Below are positions 23,771-37,045 of a DNA stretch of 64,000 nucleotides, piece after piece. The position numbers were made by a program, and so were the translations under genes. The stretch's first letter is position 1. Each line of letters opens with the position of its first letter. The stretch is from Octopus vulgaris. Lineage: Eukaryota. Location: contig OX597814.1 of NCBI GenBank assembly GCA_951406725.2, positions 82,832,001 to 82,896,000 of the forward strand, given 5' to 3'. The notes under the pieces were generated by a model, which saw only the letters and a list, made by a program, of their open reading frames with translations, made no database searches and had not been told where the DNA came from.

Positions 23771-26254
23771 TTTATCATCATCATCATCATCATCATTATT
23801 ATTATAGAATTCTAGATTTCTCTTTTCTTTTTTATCTTTTGAAGCTAGATGTATGTCCTCTTTTCCATAGACCACTAATCTGTGAAACAACAGAAGAGAA
23901 ATCTAATTTGACAGTCAGGTGAACTGAGGTAAAGTCAAATATGAAGCTGTAATAGAAGAAATATTTGAAATCATGAACATGATGATAAAAGTGTAATATT
24001 TTAATCTCACAACAATTTTAATTAAGAATGGAAGCTTCTGTTGTTAATGTTTATCCCCAAGTTAGCATTGCTTGAACAGAAACTACTACTCTATTTCCAT
24101 AATCAAAGACATTCCACCTGTGACCATCCCATTTTTTTTACAAATTTAGCTTTAGCTTAGTGTGTCTACAACAACATTAAGCAGTACACCCTTTCCTCTC
24201 TAAGATGGTAGTGTGTGATATGAAAGAGATTGAGCTGCAAATTCTAGCAACTATGAAGAAGTGTCATTGGTTTGTGCTGATGGAAATGACTTGACTTGTC
24301 TTTCTTTGAACCACCCACTTGCTTCAGTAATTCCAATTTCTGTTATTCCATCCATTTCTAGAAGGAATGTTTTCTTTTGTTGATGTTAACAAAAGCTGCT
24401 TCAGAGCATTTTATAATTGCTGCAGTTTAAGTTGTTTTCGTCATCATTTCAATAGAAATTGATCTGAGCTTGTGATCACTTGACTATGACTTTGAGTATT
24501 TCCAGTCATAGAACATCAGGCTGATTTACTTAATTTTTCCATAAATCTTTCTTTCCCAAGTAAATTACTTGTGTGACCAGTGAATCTGTTTAATCCCAAT
24601 CTCATGGATAAAAGTAATTAAGAGCAATTGCTATTTGCTTCAGAAGTTGCCTACCTTTTGAAAATAGTTGCACAACTGTGTAAACTCTTGTTATATATAA
24701 TAAGGTTTATTTTTGATTCATTTACAAAGCTGGTAATAAAGTTTGGCAGGGAAAGAGGATATTAACCTTTAGGTAAATTAGATAGGTTGTTTGAAAAGGT
24801 GATGATCCATAGAAAAGGTGATACACAATGTTATTTAATAGAAATGTGTCTGCTACTATACAAAACTGTCCAAACTATTACTAGTTCCAGGAGATTTCGA
24901 GACCTCTTTGTCTATGAATGAAACTTTTGTGAGTTGAAATTTAGATTTTTGTGGTTATGTTCATGAATTTTGCTAATTGTGAAAGTTGGCTTCAAGGCAT
25001 GTCTGTTGTAGAATTGTAATAAATTTAATTAATAAGCTATAAATTGAGTTAATGGGATAAACTGTTTTATTGAAATAACCATGAAATTGAAATGGTAATG
25101 TTAGAATTGTGATGTGTAAAATAATTGTGAAGTTCTTATAGAAATGTAATTATTAAAGTAATGGTAATCATGATAATCAGAATTGTGTCGACTAGTTCTA
25201 GAGGTGGGGAAAGGGGTTTCTTAATTCATATGAAGTGTATTGAAGTGTTGAGGTTTTGAATTTGACTGAGTTATTTAAACAGATTTTGATGAGAAAATTG
25301 ACTTTTTATAGAAATGTTACAACAAGATGTTAAAAGTTCTTTAAAGTTTAGGATGTTATTACAAGTAGTCAAAGAGTTGATTTGAACAGCTTTGATAATG
25401 ATCAGGTATGTTAGGGATCACCTAACTGCCCCTCTCTTTCCTTTCCTTTGTTAAACTGACTAAAGACTAAATGAAGGCATCGATCTTCTTCCAGTGTTTA
25501 TAATGTATGAATATATCTATGGCAAGAAGATTTTCAACATGTTAATTCTGTGAAATTGACAAAACATCTGAAAGAAAGCATATGTGAGTACATAAATAGT
25601 CAGTCTTTATCATGACTCTGACATTAACATGCAGTTTATAGAATAAATAAATAAATAATGTCTGGTGTATTGAAATGTAGTTGTAAGGTACAAATAAAGG
25701 TTGCTCTTACTTCAAGATGCTATTGACAACGGACCCCAAGTGTCAGGTCATGAGAACCAGCAGAATTTAACAGTAGTATCCACGTGTGTCCACCAAAGCT
25801 CTGGTCAGAAAGAACTACTACTTGTAGATTGTTTCCAACACACATCCATCACTCACAACACACATGCGAGAAAGAGACTGTTTTGAACCAACTGTTTCTT
25901 GAATTGATGTCATTTCTTCCCCTTGCTTCCTCAACATGAAACTTGTGAAAATGTGATATTGTTAGACATAACAGAGGAATATAAAGATGAAGGTGATACT
26001 GCTGCTGCTGTGAATGATGATGATAGCAGAGATGATAACAATAATGTTAATCTTTAATATTGACATATATTAATGCATTTTGGGTGAAGGGTGTATAGTC
26101 AATTTATCAACTCTAGTACTTGACTTATACTTATTTTATTAGACCTAGATGCAGTGAAGAGTGAGTCTGATCTCAGAATGTAGAAGGCTCAATTAAATAC
26201 CATAAGGAATTTCGTTTCTATGGTTTATTGTCCTGATACAATAACAACAATCTA

Positions 26255-26797
26255 TTACTTGTTTCAATCATTAGACTGCAGCCATGCTGGGACACTGTCT
26301 TGAAGAATTATTAGTCGAATAAACTGACCCCCAGTACTTACTTTTTAAAAGTTGTTACTTATTCCATCGATCTCTTTTGCTGAACCGCTAAGTAACTAGA
26401 TCATAAATGCAACAACATCAGTTGTCAAGTGGTGGTGTAGGACAAACAAAGACACAGACATACACAAAACACACACACATGCATGCATATATGTCCTGTC
26501 CTCAGAGTGGACAACCTTGCAAATCTTTAGCTGGATTAAAGTTGTATCACAGACACAAATACAAGTAATAACAATTACACTAAGCCTCTAGGCCCTTGCG
26601 CATTGAAATCGATGTGAGAGTCCCACATAAAATATATAATGGGTTTCTTTCAGTTTCCATCAACCAGATCTGCCTACAAGGCTTTGGTCTGCCTGAGGGT
26701 ATAATAGAAGACACTTTCCCAAGGTGCCACATGGTGGAACTGAACTGAACCATACAGTTGGGAAGTGAGCTTCTTACCACACACTCATGCCTATGCC
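26255..26797 (-). mobile_element. SINE family A with an unidentified ~150-bp insert in its central microsatellite
   Basis: Tail at 26255-26490, head at 26640-26797. Confidence 0.8.
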
Positions 26798-26864
26798 TAT
26801 GATATTGATAATAATAATATTTATGATAATAATAAAGATCTATTTCAATGATTTATTTCAATGA

Positions 26865-27180
26865 AAGTGCATGGCTCATTGGTTAGGGCATCAGCCTCAC
26901 TATTCCTGGACTGGGTTGTGTGTTGTGTTCTTGAGCAAGACATTTTAGTTCATGTTGCTCCAGTTCACTCAGCTGTAGAAATAAGTTGTGATGTCACTGG
27001 TACCAAGCTGTATCAACCTTTGCCTTTCCTTTGGACAACATTGGCGGCATGTAGAGGGGAGACTGGTATGCATGGGGGAGTGCTGATCTTCCATAAACAA
27101 CTTTGTCCAAACTCGTTCCTCAGAGGGGAACTTTCTAGGTGCAATCCCATGGTCATTCATGACGAAAGGGGGGTCTTTTT
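26865..27180 (+). mobile_element. SINE family D with an 18-bp target-site duplication
   Basis: AATGATTTATTTCAATGA at 26847-26864 and 27181-27198. TGTGTTCTTGAGCAAGACA core. Homologous to 52997-53190 and 56587-56920. Confidence 0.88.
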
Positions 27181-27445
27181 AATGATTTATTTCAATGATG
27201 ATCTAAATGTTGCTGGTGATGGTGGTGTGATAGTGGTGAAAATAGTGGTGGTAGGGATGATGATGATGATGATGATGATGCTGATGCAGTGATGGTAGTA
27301 GTGATATTTTGATGATGAGGAGCAGGAGGGGAAGAAGTGGAAGAGGATGTGTACAATAGGGTTGGTTAGGGCCTGGTGATATGATAGCCATGATCTGGGT
27401 GACAATATAGAAGATGATACTACCATAAAAAAAACTGTAATATAA

Positions 27446-27720
27446 ATGCAAGAGTGGTTGTGTGGTAAGAAGCTTGCTTCCCAACCACATGGTTCCAGGT
27501 TCAGTTCCACTATGTTGCAATCTGAGCAAGTGCCTTCTACTATAGCCTTGGGCCAACCAAAGCCTTATAAGTGAATTTGGTAGATGGAAGCAGAAAGAGA
27601 CCGATAGAATAAGTTCTAGGCTTAAAAAATAGAAAGTACTGAGATCAATTCATTCAACTAAAATTCTTCAAGGCAGTGCCCCAGCATGGCCGCAATCTAA
27701 TGACTGAAACAATTAAAAGA
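27446..27720 (+). mobile_element. SINE family A lacking the central microsatellite segment
   Basis: The head joins directly to the AGAGACCGATAGAATAAG tail. Confidence 0.85.
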
Positions 27721-28020
27721 ATATGCACCAATATTTTGCAAAGTGGCATCACTCATCTATGATTAAGCATCCTAGCATCCTGATTTAAACTTTAGAAGAA
27801 TAATGAAGAACGAAACGTGTTGTAGTGGAACCATGTCAGTGACCAGGTCACAGTCGGTGTGATGAAAATTTTGACATTAAATAATGTTTAAGTGAAGCTA
27901 ACAGATTTTGGTGTGTTTTTTGAATGCCTAACAAATGTGTTCCATGCTGCAGTTGTTTTAGTTTCAACAAACTGTCTATGATGAAATCACTTGCCAGACA
28001 AGCATATCTCTGAAATAAAC

Positions 28021-28187
28021 ATGTGGCTGTGTGGCAAAAAATTTGCTTCCCAACTGCATGGTTCCAGGTTCAGTCCCACTGCATGGAGCCTTCAGCAAAT
28101 GTCTTCTACTTTAGCCTTGGGCCAACCAAGGCCTTGTGAGTGGATTTGGTAGATGGAAACTGAAAGAAGCCTGTCATATATATTTAC

Positions 28188-28226
<39 letters not shown>

Positions 28227-28418
28227 TTTGTGTTTGTACCCCACCACTGCTTAACAACTGTTGTTGGTGTGTTTACATTCCTGTAACTTAGTGGTTCGGC
28301 AAAAGAGACCAATAGAATAAGTACCAGGCTTATAAAAAGTACATTTGACTAGAATTTTCAAGGTGGTACTTCAGCTTGATTGCAATCTAATGACTGAGAA
28401 AAATAAAAGATAAAAGAT
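28021..28418 (+). mobile_element. SINE family A, full length
   Basis: Head, CORE-like motif, (TG)n and a tail ending TGACTGAGAAAAATAAAAGATAAAAGA. Confidence 0.9.
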
Positions 28419-28421
28419 ATT

Positions 28422-28523
28422 GGTGCAGGTATGGCTGTGTAGCAAGAAACTTCCTTCCCAACCACATGATTCTGAGTACAGTTCCACAGTGTGGTACCTT
28501 GAGCACGTGTCTTCTACAACAGC

Positions 28524-28607
<84 letters not shown>

Positions 28608-28860
28608 AGCTCCCTGTTTTGACATTGAGGGACAGTTGTAAATAAGTGTCACTATCAGACAAGCTGTGTCATTCCTTTCCAATATTCTACAAGAACATGT
28701 CTTGTCATGGGGAAACATTAGCTGGTTTGGAAACAGGTGGAGTTTACTTAACAATAGGAAAAGCACTCAGTCATTGAAAATCTGTTTCAAGTAAACTCAA
28801 TCTGTCCCTTGGAATTAAGGAAAGACAGACATTAAAATAATGATGATGATGATGATGATG
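28422..28860 (+). mobile_element. SINE family B (same head as A, different tail ending (GAT)n), abutting the previous copy
   Basis: GGTGCAGGTATGGCTGTGT head, long (TG)n, GGAAACAGGTG tail and (GAT)n. Confidence 0.85.
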
Positions 28861-29027
28861 TTCAAAGGGTATTTGTTGATAATGGCTTCTATTGGTTTCT
28901 TGAAAGTGTTTATTTAATTATTTCCTTTCACTTCTGTTTAATTATCTCTATCACCATTAAATAAGTGTTGCTGACCTGCATGTGATACACCTGCTTTTAG
29001 AAAAAAGTAACAAGCAACACACTGTTA

Positions 29028-29028
<1 letters not shown>

Positions 29029-29058
<30 letters not shown>

Positions 29059-29230
29059 ACACCACCACCACCACCACCACCACCACCACCACCACCACCA
29101 CCACCACCACCACTACCACTAATACTACTACTACTGCTGCTGCTGCTGCTGCCACCACCGCCACTGCCACCACCACTGCCACCACCACCACTACTACCTA
29201 CATCACTACTATCATCATCACCTCCTCCTC
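29029..29230. repeat. Compound trinucleotide microsatellite (ACT/ACC/GCT/CAT)
   Basis: Directly visible. Confidence 0.95.
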
Positions 29231-29392
29231 TCCTCTTCTATGTATCTGTGTGTGTGTGTGTGTGTGCATGCAGTGTGCATCCATGGTTGCATGCATAACT
29301 GAATGGTTTAGAAGTTCACTCACCAGTAAGAGGATAATTGTTTGATTCCACTGGTTACTTTTACTGTCAGTAGCCTTGAGGCAACCCAAGCT

Positions 29393-32300
29393 AATGATGA
29401 TGATAATGATGATGATCGTAATGATGAACATTACTGCAATAGAGTGGAGCTTGTCCTTATATCTGAGCCATGGTTGACCAACATTCCTGTTCCCACTATC
29501 AAGCTGGCTGTACATGAGGACTTTGGGTATTCTTTTGTCACTCATTCTGATGACATGGCAAGCCCAGTGCAATTGTGACTGCGTATGGACGCTCTCAATT
29601 CCACCAATCTTACACTTGCAAAATAGGCTGGTATTAGGAACTCTGTCAGACAGCCTTTGTGGAAGATGTCTAGTTGGTTAATGAGTTGTCTATAGAGTAT
29701 CCATGATTCTGAGCCATACAAAAGAATAGTAAGAATGGCAGCTTTATAGACCTGTATTTTGGTGTCAAGTTTAATGCCCCTTTCATTCCATAGGTGATGA
29801 CAGAGTTTGTCAAATGCATTGGTTGCCTTTGCAAGACAGTTGACAATTTCATTACCAAAGGAAGTGCTCGAATTCACTTTCCTAGTAAAGTATGCAAATG
29901 ACTTCACATAATTTAGGTTTTCACCATTGACCTGTATAGGAGTGTAAAGAAAATTGTGAACTGGTGGCCACTGCTTAACACCTCGAATTTGTTTAGGAGT
30001 AGAGAAAAGTTTGTCAATTACTTTTGTCTTCTTTATGCTGATGGTCAAACCAAAGCCTTTACATGCAGCAAAAAAACTGGTCTAGAAGTTCCTGAGCTTC
30101 CTCTAAGGAGGTAACTACTCGTGTGCCATCATCTGCAAACAGTAGATTATGAATGATACTGGTGTGTAGCAGTGTTCTGGCTTTGAAATGCTGATGATTG
30201 AATAGTTCACCACTTGTTTGAAACTGGAATTTGACATCACTTTGTATGTTGCCAAAAGCACACCTCAGCATCACTGAAAAGAAGAGTGCAAACAAAACAA
30301 GGGCCTTAACACGACCTTGCTTTGTGCTGTTTGTAACATTGAAGGAAGCCGAAGATTCCCCACTGGATATGGCAGAAACCTTCATTCCCTCATGAAAGGA
30401 GATAACATTTAACATCTTGTCAGGTATATGAAGCTTTTTCAGAACTTTCCATAATGTTTGTTGGTTAACAGTGTTGAAGGCCTTGGTAAGGTCAATGAAT
30501 ACTATGAACAACTCTTGATTTTTTTCACATTCCTTCTCCATAACCTGTTGAAGGGAAAAGATAATTTTGATAGTGCAACAACCAGAGCAGAATCTACACA
30601 GTGATTCTGGATATATATCATTTACAACATGTTTGATGATCTTGTCAAGAGTGAGTCAAGCAAGAATTTTACCAGCAATAGACAGAAGTGATATCCCACA
30701 ATGATTATCACAGACATTTCTGTTTCCTTTGTTCTTATAAAGATGTTGAATTGAGGCATCCTTGAAGTCCTGTGTTACACGGTCTACCATTCAAATATTT
30801 ATGAAGAGGTTATGCAATTTCTTAAAAAGATTCTGTCCACCATGCTTGTAGATTTCATGAGGGACAACATCCCTACCAGGTGCTTTACCAGAAGAGATTT
30901 GTTTAACAGAGTTTACCACTTCCAGGAAGTTTGGCTCCAGAGACAATCTTGGTATTTCAGCATGCTGTGGAATAGACATTATGACGTCATCATTAGTGAC
31001 TGAGGTGGAGTTCAACATGGCTTCAAAGTAGTCTTGCCATCATTACAAGATGTCAGATTTGTCAATTAACAATGTCTCTCTATTGGATGAAAAAATAGGA
31101 GTAACACCATGCTTTTGAGGACCATACACTTTCTTGAGGCCATCATAAAAGGCTTTAGAATCCTTTTTGTCAGCAGCTTCTTGGAGTTCAGTAGCTTTGG
31201 AAGACCACCAAGCCTTCTTCATCTGTCTCAGAGTATATTAGACCTGGCCTCTGCATTTCTTATAAGCATTCTCTTTTCTGGATGTGCTCTTATCATTTAT
31301 CCATGTTTTATGAGAGCTGTGCATTTTATCTATCAACCTGTGTTGTTATCACTGAACCAATCTTGATGTTTATGAACAGGAAGTCCAAGAACTTCTACAG
31401 ATGCAGAGTGTGTTGCATCATGCAGAGCCTTCCAAGATGACTCTATGTTATTATTGATATCAGAAGTGTTGAGTGCAAGGTCCAACTTGATAGAGAGCTC
31501 AGCCTACTTTTCAGCAGTTTTCAAAGGTAGAACATTAATGCCCTTAGGCACTGATGACTTTTGTAGTCTTGTGTATTTCAGATGGAACATAGCTTCACTA
31601 CAGAGAAGAGAATGGTCAGAGAGGTAGCAGGTGTTATGAAAGGAATGTGTAATGTTAAAGTCCCTAATATCTTGTTTCTTAGAGATAACATAGTCTATGA
31701 GATGCCAATCCTTAGATCTAGGATGCATCCAGGTTGTCTTGCAAGAAATTTGCTGTTGTAAAAAAGGTATTTATGATGCTTAGACTGAATTCCCTGCAGA
31801 TGGAGAGCACACACAGACCACTGGAGTTCATTCAACCTACACCATGGTGACCAAGTACATCCTCCCATACCTGATAGTCAGTACAACATGAGAATTAATG
31901 TTGCCCATAAAGATAAGTTTACCCCTGTGGTGACAACTGGAAATGACATCATGGAGTTGGTTGTAAAAGTCATCCTTTTCCTGTTCAGTGCTGGCCATGG
32001 TTGAAGCATAGCAACTGATAAGTGTAGCACAAGTGTTGTGATCAAGTTCCAATGTTAGTATCATGATGTGATCAGAAATACCTTTAGATAGAGAAAGAAA
32101 GGATCTAGCTATTTCTGTGGCAAAACCAACACCAGAGTGTCGTGGCTCATCCTCATTTCTTCTACATCAGAAAAATATATATCCACTTTTACTTTCTCCT
32201 AACTGTGATGATCCTGCAATACGAGTTTCACTGAGTGCAGCTATGTCAATGTTATATTTCTTTAGTTCAAGGGCAACCAGTGCTGTTTTTCATTCTGGTG

Positions 32301-32420
32301 CTGAATGAGTGTCTTGGAGAGTGTGCATATTCCAAAAACCAACCTTCATTCATAGGCACAACATATATTAGAGCAAAAGGAACATCCTAACATCAGGTCT
32401 GACTTTCTCCAAGAATGCTA
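29393..32420 (-). mobile_element. Near full-length RTE-clade (BovB-like) LINE, decayed
   Basis: Single APE-RT ORF remnant, short 5' region and a (CAT)n-like 3' end. Confidence 0.9.
29440..32349 (-). pseudogene. RTE LINE APE endonuclease-reverse transcriptase pseudogene
   Basis: MKVGFWNMHTLQD...KTALVALELKKYNIDIAALSETR, MHPRSKDWHLIDYVI, SSGKAPGRD, FIDLTKAFNTV, LLFADD, LLYGSESW and IPKVLMYSQL...LRYKDKL, with multiple stops and frameshifts. Confidence 0.95.
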
Positions 32421-32459
32421 GACTTGTTTCAGCCCTTTTGAGTCTTGTCAACAACATCC
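32413..32459 (-). ncRNA. Decayed minimal type-I hammerhead motif just 5' of the RTE ORF
   Basis: Minus strand reads GGATGTTG-TTGACAA-GACTC-AAAA-GGGCT-GAAA-CAA-GTC-TAGCATTC. Stem I is 8 bp with 3 G-U pairs, the core is two substitutions from CUGACGA, and stem II, GAAAC and a GUC site are present. Confidence 0.6.
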
Positions 32460-32841
32460 CATGTCCATGAGAAAGTTAATTATCTAATATGAAATAAAAG
32501 TAAACTATGTTTTTTGTTTTTTCCAAACTTAGTTGAAACACATATTCAGTGTGCTTATATTCAACATGCTGAGTATCTGAAAGAAATAAGGTCACTGAAA
32601 GGTTAAAAATTGATGAATTAGGTATGATTTTCTTGATCTGAGATGACCTGAGGTTATTATAAATACAAGTGTATATGAAAGCAAATTTCTTCACAAAACT
32701 ATGTATGTATGTAAATATATGCACATGTGTGGGCAGGCAGGAGAGAGTTGGTGGGCAAGGAGTGAGTAGGTGGGCAGGAGAGAGAGAAATAGGCATATAT
32801 GTATATAGGCATATATGTATATAGGCATATATGTATGTATG

Positions 32842-32919
<78 letters not shown>
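32842..32919. repeat. (GATA)n microsatellite
   Basis: Perfect tetranucleotide run. Confidence 0.97.
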
Positions 32920-33358
32920 CGGACAGACAGATGGACAGACAGACAGACAGATAGAATCACATCAGTTAGAAGTTGGAGTTAACTGTTTCCTCCTTGGGAA
33001 AACACTAAGCTAAAGTTGAACATTAACTACACTACACAATATATGGGTTAGAAGCTGACTAAATGATGAAAACAATAGATTTCTATTTATAAGTTCTTGT
33101 CAGAGGAGGAGGGGAATTGCTGGTGACCTTTGGAGTCCCTTCTGAGAGATGGTGAGTGAGATTGATGCAGCAGAATTATTAATGTGTTTTGTATATACAT
33201 AAACGTGGGAATGGGAATGGGTGGTGGATGTGTTGAGAAAGTGTAAGAAAATCAGACAGAAAGTTAAAGAAAGACATAGAGAGAGACAGAGATATGGTGA
33301 AAGAATCAGAGATAGAAAGGTAGAAATACAGAGTGTGGTATATAATTCATATGTATAT

Positions 33359-33393
<35 letters not shown>

Positions 33394-35029
33394 TACAACT
33401 ATAGATGGACAAGTAGGCAGATACATAGAACAAAGAAAGGTTTATATGCAGAGAGTGTTAAAGAGAAAGAAGAAAAGAGAAAAGATGAGGGATAGAGAGA
33501 AAATATGAGAAAAGATGAGAAAAGAAAGGAAAAGAGTGAAAGAGATTGAATGAGTAGGCGAGAGAGAAGAAGAGAGATGTAGTAGAGAAAGGAGAGAAAT
33601 AAAGGAGAGAGATTGAAAGAGAAAGGTGGGGAAGAAGAGAGAGAAGAACATTAATCGAGAGAGAGAGAGAAAGGAAGGGACTGTGCAAGTGCATGTGAGA
33701 GTGTGTGTGTGTGTGTGCACGTGTGTGTGCACGTGTGTGTGTGTGTGTGTGTGCACGTGTGTGTGTGTGTGTGTGTGTGGGTGTGTGTGTGAAGTATCAA
33801 GGGAAAGATTGATAATTAAAGCAGCTGAATGTCAAGAAAACAACTCTAAGATGAGAAATGAGTTTATAGATGCCAATTGTACTGAGATAAAATGTCCACT
33901 CAATACATCAACCTGAAATTTTATTGATGACATCCAGTGAAACTTCATTTCTGTCTGTGCACAACCCTTTTCTCTACTGTTCACCATTTGTTTGTTTTTT
34001 TTCCATAAACACAGTTTTGATATTTTGTCAATTTATACTTAAGTATGATTCTTTTCAGTAGGACAACCCAGCTTGTCAAGATCAAAATCTGCAAATGATT
34101 AGTTTTACTTTTGTTTTTTGTTTTTTGTTTGTTTTTAAGTTTAAATATATAATCTATGCATTTTAAACAGGATCTCAAAGCATTGGAGTACTTGTTACTA
34201 ATTAAAAGATCATAATTTCAAGTCCAATACATATATCATATTCAGAATTTCAAGTGGCTGAATTCACGTTTCATTACAATCGGTTTTGTCTTAAAATTCC
34301 TCATGAGTTGATAGAATAAGAGAGAGTAAAATATGAACGATTAGGGAGTGATAGTAGTGGGAATGCAATTATTTAACAAAAGATGAGTTCTGCCGTCGTG
34401 AAGTGAATGACATGTAAAACAATGTTTTTCTGTAGTTTATTCTAATTTCCGTTGGTTTACATGTAAATCTCTCCATTGGTACCTTTCAGAAACAGTTTTT
34501 ATAGTGTGTGATGCTGCTGTGTTTCATATAAATTACTTGAATTGCATGTGTTCAAGTTGTCAAAATGCAGTCACTTACTGCAATTAGCTGAAACAAAGTT
34601 TGCTTCACTATTCCACAATCCCTTTCCAATAATCCCCTCAAAATGCTTCCTGGTTATTTCATTTTCTTTTTCTCATGAAGGGAAGAGTTAACAATACATT
34701 CCTTCTTATTCCCATGTCTTCCTTTTTTTTATCTACTTCACTTTGCTTCCTCCTTTTCTTTTTTTCTTTCTACTTCCCATTTTTCTGTACTCTTTCACTT
34801 AATCTTTTCTGATTGCTTTTGACTTTTTCTCCCAAACAGCATATGGAAAATTGTAATTTCCATGAAAACCTAGTTCACAAGCCTGCTTTTGATTCTTTGG
34901 TGTAAATATTTCAATATTTCACTTAACTTACAATAATTAACATCATTGATGCAAGCATGTGCCTCCCATAATTTCCTTACAAATTTAAAACATTATGCCT
35001 ATGAAACAAATTTATGTTATTATCAATCG

Positions 35030-35243
35030 TAAGATTGTAGAATCATTAGCATGTTGGATAAAATGCTGAGTAGCATTTCTTCTGAACTTTTACCTTCTGA
35101 GTTCAAATTCCACCATCGTCATCTCTACTTTTTTTCCTTTTGGGAAGCTAAACTAAGCATTAGTCAAGTATTGGGGTTGATGTAACCAATTAACCCCATT
35201 CACTTAAAATTGCTGACTCTGTGCCAAAATTTGAAACATTATT
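35030..35243 (+). mobile_element. SINE family 2, diverged
   Basis: AGAATCATTAGCA...AAATGCT...GAGTTCAAATTCC...TGGGGTTGATGTAA. Confidence 0.7.
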
Positions 35244-35378
35244 TTTACCTATTGTTATAGATCCAAAGAGTGTTGGGTTAAATACCTTACTGTATTTAAT
35301 TTTGGCACGATATATAATTTTGACTTTTTATGAGAGTATTATCTGAAGTAACACATTCTCTTATTCACTAAATATTAA

Positions 35379-35600
35379 CCCTTTTGATACCAACCCGGCT
35401 GAAACCGCCTGTGGCTCTGTAGCATAAATGTCTTGTTTTCATAAGTTTTGAACTAAAATCTTCCACCAAACCTTTGTCACAATTTATGTTCCTAACATTA
35501 GCTTAATGATAACTAAGTTATTTTACTAAATTCTTTGTTATATTTAAAATTAAATGAAAGAAACACAGAGCATCTCAAAATAAATACGGTAACAAAAGGG
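35379..35600. mobile_element. piggyBac-type MITE, intact
   Basis: TTAA|CCCTTTTGATACC ... GGTAACAAAAGGG|TTAA: 13-bp TIR with one mismatch and a TTAA TSD. Confidence 0.92.
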
Positions 35601-37045
35601 TTAAACCAGAATTAGTATCACCATTAAGTTCCCCAGGGTCAGCTTCTCAGCAAATTCAACAAATGCAGATATGATTAACCACTATTTCCTAAGTCTTACT
35701 TGGATTACTTTAACAAACAATTAATGTTGTTTTATTAACCAGATTATTTCATTTATTTGTATTCGAAATCCATGACAAACCCTTAACAACAATTCACTTT
35801 AATCCTTTTAGGGAAGAATACACTATTCGATTACTCTAAATAATTCCAGGGTTCTGGTGGCTGATGTATTTGAATTGAAAATATCAAGAAAGTCAAAACT
35901 ACTGTAATGTAATCTAATGATCTGCTATTTCAACCATGTTCATGCTTTAACTTTTAGAAAAGTGGAAAGCTAATTTTTGCATTGTACAGATCTAATCAAG
36001 CCAATTAACTCACTATGTATATGACTTATGACTTATACTTATTCTTTTGTCCCCAGAGACATGAGAGATTATGTCATCCTGGCTGGATTTTATCTAAGAA
36101 TATTGAATGAGATTAAATAGAATATATATAGCTTAAAATGTTTTACTATGTGTGGCTATTCATCAACAAATTGGTTTTTTATGTCTTGACACAACCAAAG
36201 AAAATATGAAGCAACATTATATATTGTTATAGAAGAAACAAAGCAATAATGGATATATTAAATAAGTCAATATATCAATGAAGGCATGACTATGTGGCCA
36301 AGAAGTTCATTTCACAGCCATGTAAGTCTGTGTTTGATCCTGTTATGTGGCACATTAAATAGATATCTTCTACTATAAACCTTGCATTGATTAATACCTT
36401 GTGAATGGAAATTGGTAGTTGGAAATTGTGCAAAAGTCTGTTGTGTCTCCCTTCCCACTAATAATATATCTGTTTGCTTTCATAAGTGTATGTTTATGTT
36501 TACACCAGTCTACTTTTATGTGGCATCCCTTTATGACCTGCAACTTTATGGCTCAACAAATAGAGATTGGTAAACTAATCAACCCTTTGCCTGCACATGT
36601 GATATGCAACAAAACATTTTTACCTGGCATCCATGCATCATATATTGTACACACTTACAATTTTTCTCAACCACCACAGTAACTTGGGATTTATGAAAGG
36701 AGAAGCTTTTTATTACTCAGAACTTATGAAACAAGGACTAACAAGAAATCTGAAAACAAGCATGGATATTTAGAACAAACTTATGATGATGCTTTGGACA
36801 GGCAAAGGATTAATTACTAGATTGGAATAAGTACTAAACAACTAAAACCCTTGAAAGCAGTACCCTAGCATGGCCCTCAATCCAATGACTGAAGCCAGTA
36901 AACAAAAAACAAAAGAAAACAAAAAACACAAATAAGATAGAAGACTATAGCAAAAACAAAGTGAAACTAAAAGCATGTGAAAACAACTTGCATCAAGTTT
37001 TCTACAAATATTTCCAACGAATATTTCAGGGCTATATTCCTTTAA

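Noticed and set aside
25711-25800. Candidate 90-nt minus-strand exon (TTCTTTCTGACCAG acceptor, GTAAGA donor)
   Set aside because: Stop codons in all three frames. A non-coding exon cannot be supported without RNA data.
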